From Mytilus trossulus (taxonomy: Eukaryota): a stretch of 64,000 bases of DNA. Shown here piece by piece: positions 26,750 through 39,722 of the stretch. The position numbers and the translations under genes are program-made. The DNA lies in the NCBI RefSeq assembly GCF_036588685.1, contig NC_086376.1, positions 67,621,630 to 67,685,629 on the forward strand, written 5' to 3'. Positions within the stretch are counted from its first letter, which is position 1. Each line of letters starts with the position of its first letter. The notes beneath the pieces are model-generated. The model worked only from the letters and a program-made list of their open reading frames with translations. It was not told where the DNA came from and searched no databases.

Positions 26750-27398
26750 CTGTTAATTTAAAAATTTAAAAATATATAAAAAGGCATAAAAACATGTCAA
26801 TCTTAATAAATTACTGCAGCAATCCTTAAAGTGTAGTTTTTATGACTGCTTTCAGGTTTTGTGTTATTTTTAATCAAAACAACCCTTTAACCTGAGGTGT
26901 CCAGTTTTGGGATTTTATCCTCCTAAAGATTTACCAGGTGTTGGTTCACTGTTGTTTGTAAAATATAAGGAATGTTTCCCCACTTTCTGATGCTGAGAAA
27001 AACAATTGTAAATTAACAAATATAAAAAAAAGAAATTTTGTGCATATTCTTGAAAATGAACAAACCTTGCTCCTATTACTATATCAAAGGTTACCTTAAA
27101 AAAAAAGTATAAAATTCCTGACAATGGTTTGTCAATGACTGACAGCATTTTCTGATCAACTTTTTAGTGAATCAATACCAGTATTTGAGACCTAAGCATT
27201 ATAGCCAAAAAGTTCTCTGGACCTATTTCTCATTATTTGAATTCAAACTATGCATGAGTTAACATTGACATCATAAAATCAAGTTTTTCAACACATTTTT
27301 TTCTAAAATTCTCCAAGTTTTCCTTACAGAAAACAGTGCCCTTGTTAATAGGCAAGTGCAAATTTCAAACAAATTAAGCATGTCATTGACCCTCCTCC

Positions 27399-27673
27399 TT
27401 ATTCCCCACCTACGATAGTAGAGGGGCATTATGTTATCTGGTCTGTACATCCGTTTTTCCATTCGTCCCACTTCAGGTTAAAGTTTTTGGTCAAGGTAGT
27501 TTTTGATGAAGTTGATGTCCAATCAACTTGAAACTTAGAACACATGTTCTCTATGATATGATGTTTCTAATTTTAATGCCAAATTAAAGTTTTGACCCCA
27601 ATTTCACAGTCAATTAAACATAGAAAATGATAGTGCAAGTGGGGCATCCGTGTACTATGGACACATTCTTGTT
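27399..27673 (-). mobile_element. Same family as 24768-25258, inverted copy with one internal unit
   Basis: Reverse complement of both termini and of the internal repeat. Confidence 0.7.
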
Positions 27674-29595
27674 TTTCTAGTGTTCATTTTGTAATTAGTT
27701 CAGTGCTTAAGCACTGACCAATTGCTCTAAGGCTAAGGAACTTCTTTTTAGACATCTGATTACTTATATAGGATAAAGATAGCCAATCAACCTTTTAAAA
27801 TTATTTGCAGCCCAGATGACTTGTTACAGACATAGAATTCATTGAATCATCCACTGTTATGGCATGCTATGCTTTTTGTCATTAGATTGTATTCTCAGGA
27901 TCTTACTATATTAAATACTAGTGCACTGACATTGCCCTTGATCAATAGTTATAATATATTGGGTGTTATTCTAACTTTAAAAATGAAATCAATTGTTCAG
28001 AAAATAAAACAAATGAAAAGCAAACAAATAGAAAAGTCTATATGAAGTAAACAGCTCCATACGTGTCTTTACTGTCTTAATGTGAAAGTATTCTAAATAG
28101 ATAAAATCAAATAGTATTCCACAATTTAAATGAACAAGATTAATCTTATCCCTTGACAAAATTCATACAAAGGCAATATCTAAATCATATATCAAAAGAT
28201 ATGAAGTTGAAAAGAGAAATTTGTCAATTGGGTATGAAAAACTGAAATACTTTAAAAAATCTACCATATTATTTGCATTCAATCTGAGGTGTTTCAATTC
28301 TTCCTTACATAATGTGCATAAAATGTAAATTTATTTTCATCCTTTTTGTAAGTCTTTGTAAACATTGTAAATTTAGAAATTTAAATCTATTAAAAAGAAG
28401 GTCTCAAGTATTCCAGAAGGCATGTTTTCATTTTAACAATGATGAGCCAATCTTTTTTCACAAGAAGAGGGCGGATATTCATTTGAATTAACAGCACAAA
28501 AGATGCATGGTGTAAAACAGTAATTCTCATTATTTGGGGTGTATGATGACTAACCAAAACAAAATAGCGTCCTCTAATTTTGACCATATCATTAAGGTCT
28601 CAAAGGTTTAGAATAATCAATCTCAAAAATATTGAAAGATCAAAAAGATCTAGAATTTACAGTTTGTTTATCTAAAAATAATGTTGCCCAGAGAATAAGA
28701 GAGAGAAAAACTATGCAAAAGTCACATAAAAATTTCAATATACTGAAGAAGGCAGATACAAATCCCCAAACTATGGAATGACAAATCTAAACATCATTTA
28801 ATTAAATTGGACCATAAATTAAGTAAAAATTTAATTAAACAATCTGATCACATTTCTGAAGTTTCAAATAAATCAAAATGGACTTATCAGGAAACATGCT
28901 TTAAAGTTTTAAAATTTTAGTGATTTAAGTCCAATAACTCTTGGAAAATAAATTTTAAGAATCTGTTAAATCTAAAAGAGCTAGCTAGTCTTTATACATA
29001 GATTTGACACAAAGAATATTTTGTGAAGATCAGCCCAAACTTCAGTTACCACAAATAAAAGGTAAAATAAAAAGACAGACAACAGTTTACCATAATACAT
29101 CAGTTGTGCATAGGTTTGAAAGAATCACCCCTGCTTGAAGTAAAGTATGTAAAGTGCACCCTTTCACATTGTACTGACCAGCTGGTGAATTTGGCAATGT
29201 GCAATGAAAACAATCAACAAACTGATTTAACCAGTAATAAACTATTCAGTGCAAATTAACTAAAAATATTTATGAAAAGAAATGCAAAGCTTTGTAATAA
29301 ATTAACTATCCGCAAAAAATTACTCAAGAATATACATTTGTTTTTTTATTATATTTTGGAAATATATATTTTTACCCAAATCAGAAAAGTTTATATTTTG
29401 AGCTAATTTTAAATAAGTGATATTTTTGAGTGGTAAATGTTTTTATTGCTATTTTTTTTAAATTTTGCTTTGATCTTAATTTTTGATTTCAAAACCAAAG
29501 ATAATCTGTAAGTAACTGTCACTGGTTAAAAATTTAGATAAAATTACCTTTAAAATAAGATTTAAACCTGGTTATCTATGCATCAACTAACAAAC

Positions 29596-29772
29596 CTGGT
29601 AAAAAGGCAGGTGCTTTTTGTGTATTGGGTGACAAATGTGAACTAGAGCGTGATGTTCTCCCACTGTCCTCCACATCCTGAACTATATCTGGGGGTGCAT
29701 TTAGATCATGTGCTAAGGCTGCTGCTGGAACTATTTGTTTCTTGTTACTTCTGTAGTGAATAGGAACTTTTT
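29596..29772 (-). CDS. LRRC49: LRRC49-like exon (EKVPIHYRSNKKQIVPAAALAHDLNAPPDIVQDVEDSGRTSRSSSHLSPNTQKAPAFLP)
   Basis: Acceptor tttcag, donor CAG|gtttgt, 177 nt open, phase 1-1. Joins the next exon as ...FLPG-DRV. Confidence 0.8.
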
Positions 29773-30912
29773 CTGAAATAAAGCAACCATCACCATCAAA
29801 ATCACACTAGTGCATAAAATGTTACCAGAACCATGAAATCTAAATTTAAAACACTCCCTTAGCATAAAAATATAAGAGAAGTTAAATATTTTTCATTCAA
29901 ACCAAAATTCTTTACCAGATTATTCAGTACTTTAGAGAAGGAAGATATTTGTGTAATGGTTAACAAATGATAAACAAATGCTATGTGATGAGAATAGATG
30001 ACTTGATCCTTTGGTCAGGTCAGATAAGAATGCAATAATATGCAAAATATAATTCTAAGGAACTACATTTTAACAAAATACCATAATCTTTCTATGAAAC
30101 ACAAGTAATTGACACCATGCCATTCCATACTTCTGTGGATTAATTTTTTAAGGGTACCAATAGTTCATGGATTTCCTAGATTTAAAATTCTATAGAAAAT
30201 TCTCTTTTTGTTGAACCCCTTAAAAATGAAGTTTAACTATAACATGAATATTGGTACCCAGCAAAATAAAAAAGGAATCCATGTTATTTTAAAAATAGAT
30301 TTCAGTGTTATTATTATTACTGCATAGTGCAATAAGTGATAGGTTTCAATTCATACTAAAGTGAAGTGGTCAGTTTAAATGTTAATAATCCTTCAAAGAG
30401 ACTTTAGATTATATATTCTAATTGTTCAACCTTTTCTGAACTTTTATAGACAAAATAATGCGCCATAATCCTAAAGGATAAGCAAACATTATTTAATCTG
30501 CATATAAAATAACTTTTGTTTACAGCACTACAAACACATAAAAACAGAAGAATTTGTTATAAATATTTTTTTTTGTTCCTTGAACAGTCTTCAAATTTTT
30601 TCATATCTATTTTTCCAATGTGGACTGATATATTTTTATTATGCATAATTCAGTGCATGATTTCAAAATAAACAGACTTTTGGGAGGGTTTCCTATGCTG
30701 TCCCATAGAAAATTACTGCAAACCCTTTACAAGTTATGAAAATGTAGAACAACTATGGAAGTATTACATTGTGGCAAAATTATTTGCTGTCATTTAAGCC
30801 TTATGCATGTTGTATTATATAGAAACTTCCCTAGTCAGAAAATATCTAACTAAAGTTTCATTTATAATGAAAGTTTCACTTATAGATGCACCTGAGTCAA
30901 AGTAAACATTAC

Positions 30913-31000
30913 CTCCACTCAGACTGGCGGGATGTTTCATCCAGACCACAAAATAGGACATAGGAACCACAGAATCACGTCTCTCCCGACGTAAATTCAT
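30913..31000 (-). CDS. Candidate alternative first coding exon (MNLRRERRDSVVPMSYFVVWMKHPASLSG)
   Basis: ATG, 29 codons, then G|gtaatg phase-1 donor compatible with the acceptor at 29772. Locally GC-richer. Confidence 0.4.
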
Positions 31001-33086
31001 TTTAATTAACAAGATAAACTTTTATTTACATTCCATTGCTGTTGGTCTTGAAAAAATCTCCTCATGTTTTGTTTTTAAATCCAATATGTTAACATTGTAT
31101 ATTATGAACAAAAAACTTCAATTCACAATTCAAATTTCATCAATACATCTATAGAATATGGACTCAATAACTGATGTATATTTCACATGTTCTTATACAA
31201 GAAGACAAAGCACACTTCCTTGGTCTACTTTGAACGATGCTGAGATGATGACCTAAGATCTTATATAACTTCCGTCATTGTTGCATATATTATGCTGACA
31301 CCGTTCTATGTAAAATTATTATACCCCACAGTAATAGTATTATTATTTATACAAAGTATCAAATTTACTTCCAAATTTAATCAAATCACTCTTAGGCTTT
31401 CATTTGACACAGTTTACAATATGCCAAGTACAAGTTACTAGTATTCCTCTAATTTCAACTGAAACTCTTGAATCAACACTGCAAAATGCAACTTCCAATT
31501 TTTTCTCACTTCCATTACTTAAGGTTTGACAACAATAAACTGATCCATATTTCTCATTTCCCCCAAATCTTTACACGATCTATTGATCTATGCAATCAAA
31601 CCTTTATGAATTCCAATAGATAGCTTTTATCACTTGAATAACATGTACTGTCTCTTTAAATTATTAACCGTACAACAATCTCTCCTTAAAACTTGTAAAA
31701 GTTTGATTTTCAATACGTATTTCATAGGAACAATATCGGCACTTAGTATCTGAAATTATTCTGCTACTTGATGGTGCTTATAAAACTTCAAATCAATAAT
31801 ATAATTCACAATTAACACTACGTCCAGAGTTAATATTCATTAACCATTAAATTGAAACGAAATATTTGATACCAAGGTCTTCAAATTTACATATATTATA
31901 AGAATTATTCCATATCGATATGAATCAACAAATTAAGTAGCTACTACATTGGTTTCATGCGATCATTGAAGCATAACTTTTCTTTTAAACTGACTGAACC
32001 TATTGAGTATTTCTCAATGCAAATTCAATTTTTTTTTAATATAAAAGTTAATCAATGTGTAATTTTGCACTTCCTTTCATTGAAAACTGCATCCACCTGT
32101 AACTTCATTTTCAACAAAAAAACTTGTCAGTTCAAATTTGATCAAACTACAATTTTTTTTTATTTGAATGGCTCCTTTAACTGTAACATCAGTACTTTAA
32201 CTTCGATCAAAATCATGCTGTGATGCAACTTTATCTATTTGAAATATTCCAAGCATCCATTCCTACATCTTAAGCAATTAAGTATCAAAAGAAGGACTTG
32301 ATACAACGTAATCCTGATCTTCATCCAATTTCAAATGAAATCAATCATAATCCTGATCTTCATTCAATTTCAAATCAAATCAATCAACTTCAAATATGTT
32401 GACTTTTTGTATGTTAAAAACTTAATTCCACAAGATAATATTTGTGTTCAATTTGTTTTTAAGTCACTAGAATTTCCATTTGATACATCAATGATTCATT
32501 AATCCATAGTATCAACTATGCATGTGTGATTTTATGCAGATCAGGTCACCATAAGTGTGCATTATTACTTAAAAACTTTTTTATAGACTAGCCAAATACA
32601 GACACTCTCCAAGTTAATCCGTCGGAACTGCAAGATTAAATATTCATAATTGACTTCAAAAAGAATTTAAATGTTAAAATGCATTATACTTACAATTTAA
32701 ATTTAAAATTTTGAGTCAAGGATTGAAAAAAATCTTTAAAAGTTAAAAGTTTACTTACCTTAATGGGTTTGTTTAAATTTAATGTTTAAAATTGTGCTAC
32801 TTTGATAATTTTTCCAAAAATAAATTGTTAATCATAACACATTAATTGTGTTTGAAAGTCCTTCAAACTTCTTTGTCTTATGGGTCACTTAATAAATTTC
32901 TATTGCTTCAATTTATCATAACATATTCTTTTAATGTCTTCAAGACTTGTTTTTCATATATGCCCTTTAAGTTATAATTCTTGATTTTTTAAAATCATTT
33001 GTTTTATGTCAAATAATAAAGAAACTTCAAAGTGAGACAGATTTGATTGGTTTTCAAGACATCTGACTGACAAATTGAAGTAACTG

Positions 33087-36000
33087 AGTAGGTCATATTT
33101 GAATGTGAATCAGTAGGTATTGGGAAGTAGGTCATATTTGAATGTGAATCAGTAGGTATTGGGAAGTTGGTCATATTTGAATGTGAATCAGTGGGTATTG
33201 AGAAGTAGGTCATGTTTGAATGTGAATCAGTGGGTATTGAGAAGTTGGTCATGTTTGAATGTGAATCAGTGGGTATATTGAGAAGTTGGTCATGTTTGAA
33301 CGTGAATCAGTGGGTATTGAGAAGTTGGTCATGTTTGAATGTGAATCAGTTGGTATTGAGAAGCAGGTCATATTTGAATGTGAATCAGTAGGTATTGAGA
33401 AGTAGGTCATATTTAAATGTGAATCAGTGGGTATTGAGAAGTTGGTCATGTTTGAATGTGAATCAGTGGGTATTGAGAAGTTGGTCATATTTGAATGTGA
33501 ATCAGTGGGTATTGAGAAGTAGGTCATATTTGAATGTGAATCAGTGGGTATTGGGAAGTTGGTCATGTTTGAATGTGAATCAGCAGGTATTGAGAAGTAG
33601 GTCATATTTGAATGTGAATCAGCGGGTATAGAGAAGTAGGTCATATTTGAATGTGAATCGGTGGGTATTGAGAAGTTGGTCATATTCTAACGTGAGTCAG
33701 TCGGTATTAAGAAGCAAGTCATATTCGAATGTGAATCAGTGGGTATTGAGAAGTAGGTCATATTTGAATGTGAATCAGTGGGTATTGGGAAGTTGGTCAT
33801 GTTTGAATGTGAATCATTGGGTATTGAGAAGTTGGTCATGTTTGAATGTGAATCAGTGGGTATTGAGAAGTTGGTCATGTTTGAAATTGAATCAGTGGGT
33901 CTTGAGAAGTTGGTCATGTTTGAATGTGAATCAGTTGGTATTAAGAAGTAGGTCATATTTGAATGTTAATCAGTGGGTATTGAGAAGTAGGTCATATTTG
34001 AATGTAAATCAGTGGGTATTGAGAAGTAGGTCATATTTGAATGTGAATCAGTCAGTGGGTATTGAGCAGTAGGTCATATTTGAATGTGAATCAGTGGTTA
34101 TTGAGTAGGTCATATTTGAATGTGAATCAGCAGGTATTAAGAAGTAGGTCATATTTGAATGTGAATCAGTGGGTATTGAGAAGTAGGTCATATTTGAATG
34201 TTTATCAGTGGGTATTGAGAAGTAGGTCATATTTGAATGTGAATCAGTGGGTATTGAGAAGTAGGTCATATTTGAATGTGAATCAGCAGGTATTGAGAAG
34301 TAGGTCATATTTGAATGTGAATCAGTGGGTATAGAAAAATAGGTCATATTTGAATGTGAATCGGTGGGTATTGAGAAGTTGGTCATATTCTAACGTGAGT
34401 CAGTCGGTATTAAGAAGCAAGTCATATTCGAATGTGAATCAGTGGGTATTGAGACGTAGGTCATATTTGAATGTGAATCAGTGGGTATTGGGAAGTTGGT
34501 CATGTTTGAATGTGAATCATTGGGTATTGAGAAGTTGGTCATGTTTGAACGTGAATCAGTGGGTATTGAGAAGTTGGTCATGTTTGAACGTGAATCAGTG
34601 GGTATTAAGAAGTAGGTCATATTTGAATGTGAATCAGTGGGTATTGAGAAGTTGGTCATGTTTGAATGTGAATCAGTGGGTATTAAGAAGTAGGTCATAT
34701 TTGAATGTTAATCAGTGGGTATTGAGAAGTAGGTCATATTTGAATGTTAATCAGTGGGTATTGAGAAGTAGGTCATATTTGAATGTGAATCAGTGGGTAT
34801 TGAGAAGTAGGTCATGTTTGAATGTGAATCAGTGGGTATTGAGAAGTTGGTCATGTTTGAATGTGAATCAGTTGGTATTAAGAAGTAGGTCATATTTGAA
34901 TGTTAATCAGTGGGTATTGAGAAGTAGGTCATATTTGAATGTTAATCAGTGGGTATTGAGAAGTAGGTCATATTTGAATGTGAATCAGTGGGTATTGAGA
35001 AGTAGGTCATGTTTGAATGTGAATCAGTGGGTATTGAGAAGTTGGTCATGTTTGAATGTGAATCAGTTGGTATAAATAAGTAGGTCATATTTGAATGTTA
35101 ATCAGTGGGTATTGAGAAGTAGGTCATATTTGAATGTTAATCAGTGGGTATTGAGAAGTAGGTCATATTTGAATGTGAATCAGTGGGTATTGAGAAGTAG
35201 GTCATATTTGAATGTGAATCAGTGGGTATTGAGAAGTAGGTCATATTTTAATGAGAATCAGTGGGTATTGGGAAGTTGGTCATGTTTGAATGTGAATCAG
35301 TGGGTATTGAGAAGTTGGTCATGTATAAACGTGAATCAGTGGGTATTGAGAAGTTGGTCATGTTTGAATGTGAATCAGTTGGTATTAAGAAGTAGGTCAT
35401 ATTTGAATGTTAATCAGTGGGTATTGAGAAGTAGGTCATATTTGAATGTTAATCAGTGGGTATTGAGAAGTAGGTCATATTTGAATGTGAATCAGTGGGT
35501 ATTGAGAAGTTGGTCATGTTTGAATGTGAATCAGTGGGTATTGAGAAGTAGGTCATGTTTGAATGTGAATCAGTGGGTATTGAAAAGTTGGTCATGTTTG
35601 AACGTGAATCAGTGGGTATTGAGAAGTTGGTCATGTTTGAATGTGAATCAGTTGGTATTAAGAAGTAGGTCATATTTGAATGTTAATCAGTGGGTATTGA
35701 GAAGTAGGTCATATTTGAATGTTAATCAGTGGGTATTGAGAAGTAGGTCATATTTGAATGTGAATCAGTGGGTATTGAGAAGTTGGTCATGTTTGAATGT
35801 GAATCAGTGGGTATTGAGAAGTAGGTCATATTTGAATGTTAATCAGTGGGTATTGAGAAGTAGGTCATATTTGAATGTGAATCAGTGGGTATTGAGAAGT
35901 TGGTCATGTTTGAATGTGAATCAGTGGGTATTGAGAAGTAGGTCATGTTTGAATGTGAATCAGTGGGTATTGAAAAGTTGGTCATGTTTGAACGTGAATC

Positions 36001-36457
36001 AGTGGGTATTGAGAAGTTGGTCATGTTTGAATGTGAATCAGTTGGTATTAAGAAGTAGGTCATATTTGAATGTTAATCAGTGGGTATTGAGAAGTAGGTC
36101 ATATTTGAATGTGAATCAGTTGATATTAAGAAGTAGGTCATATTTGAATGTTAATCAGTGGGTATTGAGAAGTAGGTCATATTTGAATGTTAATCAGTGG
36201 GTATTGAGAAGTAGGTCATATTTGAATGTGAATCAGTTGGTATTGAGAAGTAGGTCATATTTGAATGTGAATCAGTGGGTATTGTGAAGTTAGTCATATT
36301 CAGATGTGAATCAGTTGGTATTGAGAAGTAGGTCATATTTGAATGTGAATCAGTGGGTATTGAGAAGTTAGTCATATTCAAATGTGAATCAGTGGGTATT
36401 GAGAAGTAGGTCATATTTTAATGTGAATCAGTGGGTATTGAGAAGTAGGTCATATTT
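33087..36457. repeat. 39-bp tandem satellite, about 86 units (GAGAAGTAGGTCATATTTGAATGTGAATCAGTGGGTATT)
   Basis: Directly visible periodicity. It produces the 13-aa periodic ORFs on both strands. Confidence 0.98.
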
Positions 36458-38854
36458 AGTATATATTGGTGCCTTCAAACATGTTTAACACTGCCACATT
36501 TTGTATGTGTCTGTCCTAAGTTAAGAGCCAGTAGGTCAGTGTTAGTCATTGTCATATTTGTTTTTCTAATTTAGTGACATAGTCAGTCTGTTAGTTTTCT
36601 CAATAGAATTATTTCATATTTTCATGTCAGGGCCTTTGTAGCCAACTATAAGGACTAAAGTGTATTTTTCTCATTGTTGAAGGCAGTATGGTTGTGTATA
36701 CTAGTTGCTAATACATTCACTTCATTTGAACTTCTGTGGATACTGGATAATTGCCTAACTGGCAATCATACAACATCTCTTTCTTTTTATAGACTTGGAG
36801 AAATTATATTCTGGCCTTCTCCAAATGAAAAGCTGGACTGGTTCTTTTTTTCATCACTCATCCCTCCCTTTTGACCCACCATAATTTTGTGATGGCTTAA
36901 TTTTACTAGAAATGCTGAAATAAATTTGGTCACAAAATTTATTACTTTCAATCAATGTAACATTACTATGATTGACATTTCGATCAGCATGTGTTGTTTT
37001 ATCACCAATTCTTAACATAGTTTGTTTTCTCTAAAGATCAAGTATATCTTTTTGAATAAAAGATATTGAATATTCTGTCAAAATTGGTTTAGGATGGTAT
37101 TATTTACAAAATAAATGCATGTATAGATAAATATTATCTACATGTATAACTTTTTTCAATAAATATTGTAATCTTTTAAATCTTAAGACATGAGCAAATG
37201 CTTGACTAGCCAATAATCCTATTATACAGAATTATGTATTGTATATATTTTTTTTACAAAACCAATGTTATATAGTTGGTGAATATACATGTATGATAAA
37301 AAGAGATTTGTTCTAATTGTCAATGAGACAACTTACTAATCATAAAAGACCAGAAAAGACAATAATGTAAATATCACAATTGGAAAATTATGTCTTTTTT
37401 GTTATAATTTCATATGATTGAGCATACAGTAACAAATCTATAGTTTACTAAGTTTATTATGTTTATAATCATGCAATTAAGTGCATGAGATGAATACATG
37501 TATGTCAAATTTGAGTACTAACTTATTACAAATAATACATGTTTCAAAAATGTCATAATACAGCATTCAATTCTTATAATTCTGGATTAGGGATTAAGGT
37601 ATTTTCTTCACCTATAAAAGATTATCAATGTTTAATTGTCAGTCAAATAACTGAGAAATAGCACTTGTAGACTTATAAACTCTTTCCTTTTGTATATCCT
37701 AAATGTATAAGATATGGGTGTCTAATTTTTCTTAATAATTAATTCTTTACCTTAAAAGAGTAACATGTATAACAAATGTAAATTCCTGCTAAAAAAAATA
37801 GGCAGGTAGCACGATTTGGACATTTTTTACAGCTATTAAAGAAATCTTGATGATGATAGGACTAGTGCTACTAGGATTGGATATGTCCTGCAAAGACACA
37901 GATTTATGATATTATAGAAAATCATGCATGCATCCTCCTTATAGAACACCAGGAGTTATATATCAAAAAGACATTATATTATTAGAATATTGCAAACAAT
38001 AATAATTTAATTGCATAAATAGCGCGTTCCTGGATTTATTTTCATTAGGTAAGTTAGAAGTGAAATGTTTTACATGATTTTGTTATTGTACCAATGGGCA
38101 AGAACAGTAATATTCAATTTAAGAGTTTGTCCCTTTGGATTTGGGCAAGTTAGTTCAGAAAAGAAAAGTTAATTTTTTAGCATCTTAACCAATATATAAC
38201 TATTAAAAAATGATAATATGGATATTATGGATGGATACCATTCCCTTATCTAAATCTGGGACCTAGTATATTGCATTATAAGAAGATCCAATTTTTATTT
38301 CATTTCTACCTTATTTTGTTTAGACCTTTTTTAACTGTTAACCAATTCTACTATACCATACTCCAATAAACTGATAATAATATCAATATTTTCACAACAA
38401 ACTTTTCTTTTAGATACAATCAAATCAATATATAGCCCATTTAATTTAAATGGGTCATTCAATCTAGAATAAACATTTTAAAAACTTTTAGTCACAGAAT
38501 CAAGATATTGGTCTAAATGAATTATTTTCATTTACATATAAAAAGAAAGCAGACAAGATAATATGTTTTTAGAACATTTTGTAATTTCGAACACCTGATC
38601 GTCAGGATTCAATTATACTCAAAATTTTTGAAAACAAGCAAATTACATTCCACAAAATCATTTAAATAACAAACTTCAAAAAGAAGTCACCGCTTCAGCT
38701 TATAGTAATGACTCAAAATCATAAATGCTGAAAATATAATCTACTCGTGATTATAATGTGTTTATGGATCATTATCCCACAAAATTATACTTTGAATTTA
38801 ATTCTCAACAAATTTAAGTTTAAATAGCACGTCTAAAAAGCTAAAACCATTTAC

Positions 38855-38912
38855 CTGGCATCAGACAATATTTTCTGAATCCATAAACACGCCCTGGGCT
38901 ACTCTCCTCCAT
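38855..38912 (-). CDS. Candidate alternative first coding exon (MEESSPGRVYGFRKYCLMP)
   Basis: aggATGG start context, 19 codons, then CAG|gtaaat phase-1 donor compatible with 29772. Confidence 0.35.
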
Positions 38913-39561
38913 CCTGAAGACCCAACAGTATCACAAATGTGTTACGCCATTATAAAATTGTATGGTCTCTTTGTTTTGTTTATAATACATATTTTAAAAG
39001 TTTTAAATATTATCATCCATGGCCTAGTTTAAAACACTTTAATAGTTTACTATTTTTATTATGTCTGAGACTTTTCTATAGAAAATAATCACAGTCTTTT
39101 GACTAATAAATTGACGTGAATAACTTAATAGGATTATACTCGTTTTTAGATTTGTTTTTATTATTAGATGTAATATTTCATACAATATTACAAGAGATTT
39201 ACAATTAAAAGGTATCTTAAAATTGAATAGATCCATTATACATTTTAAAGGTTTGGAAATATAGTTTCTAAATAATACACTTGACAGTTGACACATAGGT
39301 TTTCTTCTGACTAATTAACAAAGGATAATATTTTCTGAAAGGTAGGGGTGGAATTTTGTATAAAACTAAATTAAAATTTTTAATAATTATTTTGGTTTTT
39401 TTTAAAAAACATGCCAATTTTAGATGAACATGACAAATCTAATTTCCTAATCTCAACCCCCTTAATTCAGAACCAACAGATAAAACACATTGTTTATTAT
39501 TGGACTAAAATAAAGACTCACAACTAACTATTTAAGGCAGGAACAAAAATATAGTTTTACA

Positions 39562-39722
39562 CTAGTAATTTTGGGGCCCTTTTTAGCTTGTTGTTCGGTG
39601 TGAGCCAAGGCTCCGTGTTGAAGGCCATACATTGACCTATAATGGTTAACATTTTTTTTTTTAAATTGTTATTTGGATGGAGAGTTGTCTCATTGGCACT
39701 CACACCACATCTTCCTATATCT
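39562..39722 (+). repeat. Abundant interspersed repeat (GGCTCCGTGTTGAAGGCC ... GAGTTGTCTCATTGGCACTCAxACCACATCTT)
   Basis: Related copies lie at 360-512, 45015-45155 and 63130-63275. Confidence 0.75.

Noticed and set aside
33004-36414. Long periodic ORFs (up to 398 aa) on both strands
   Set aside because: They are a by-product of a 39-bp unit. Frames are broken by indels and stops, and I found no flanking splice sites linking them to LRRC49.
33087-36457. CRISPR-like array
   Set aside because: The repeats are contiguous with no unique spacers, there are no cas genes, and the context is eukaryotic.
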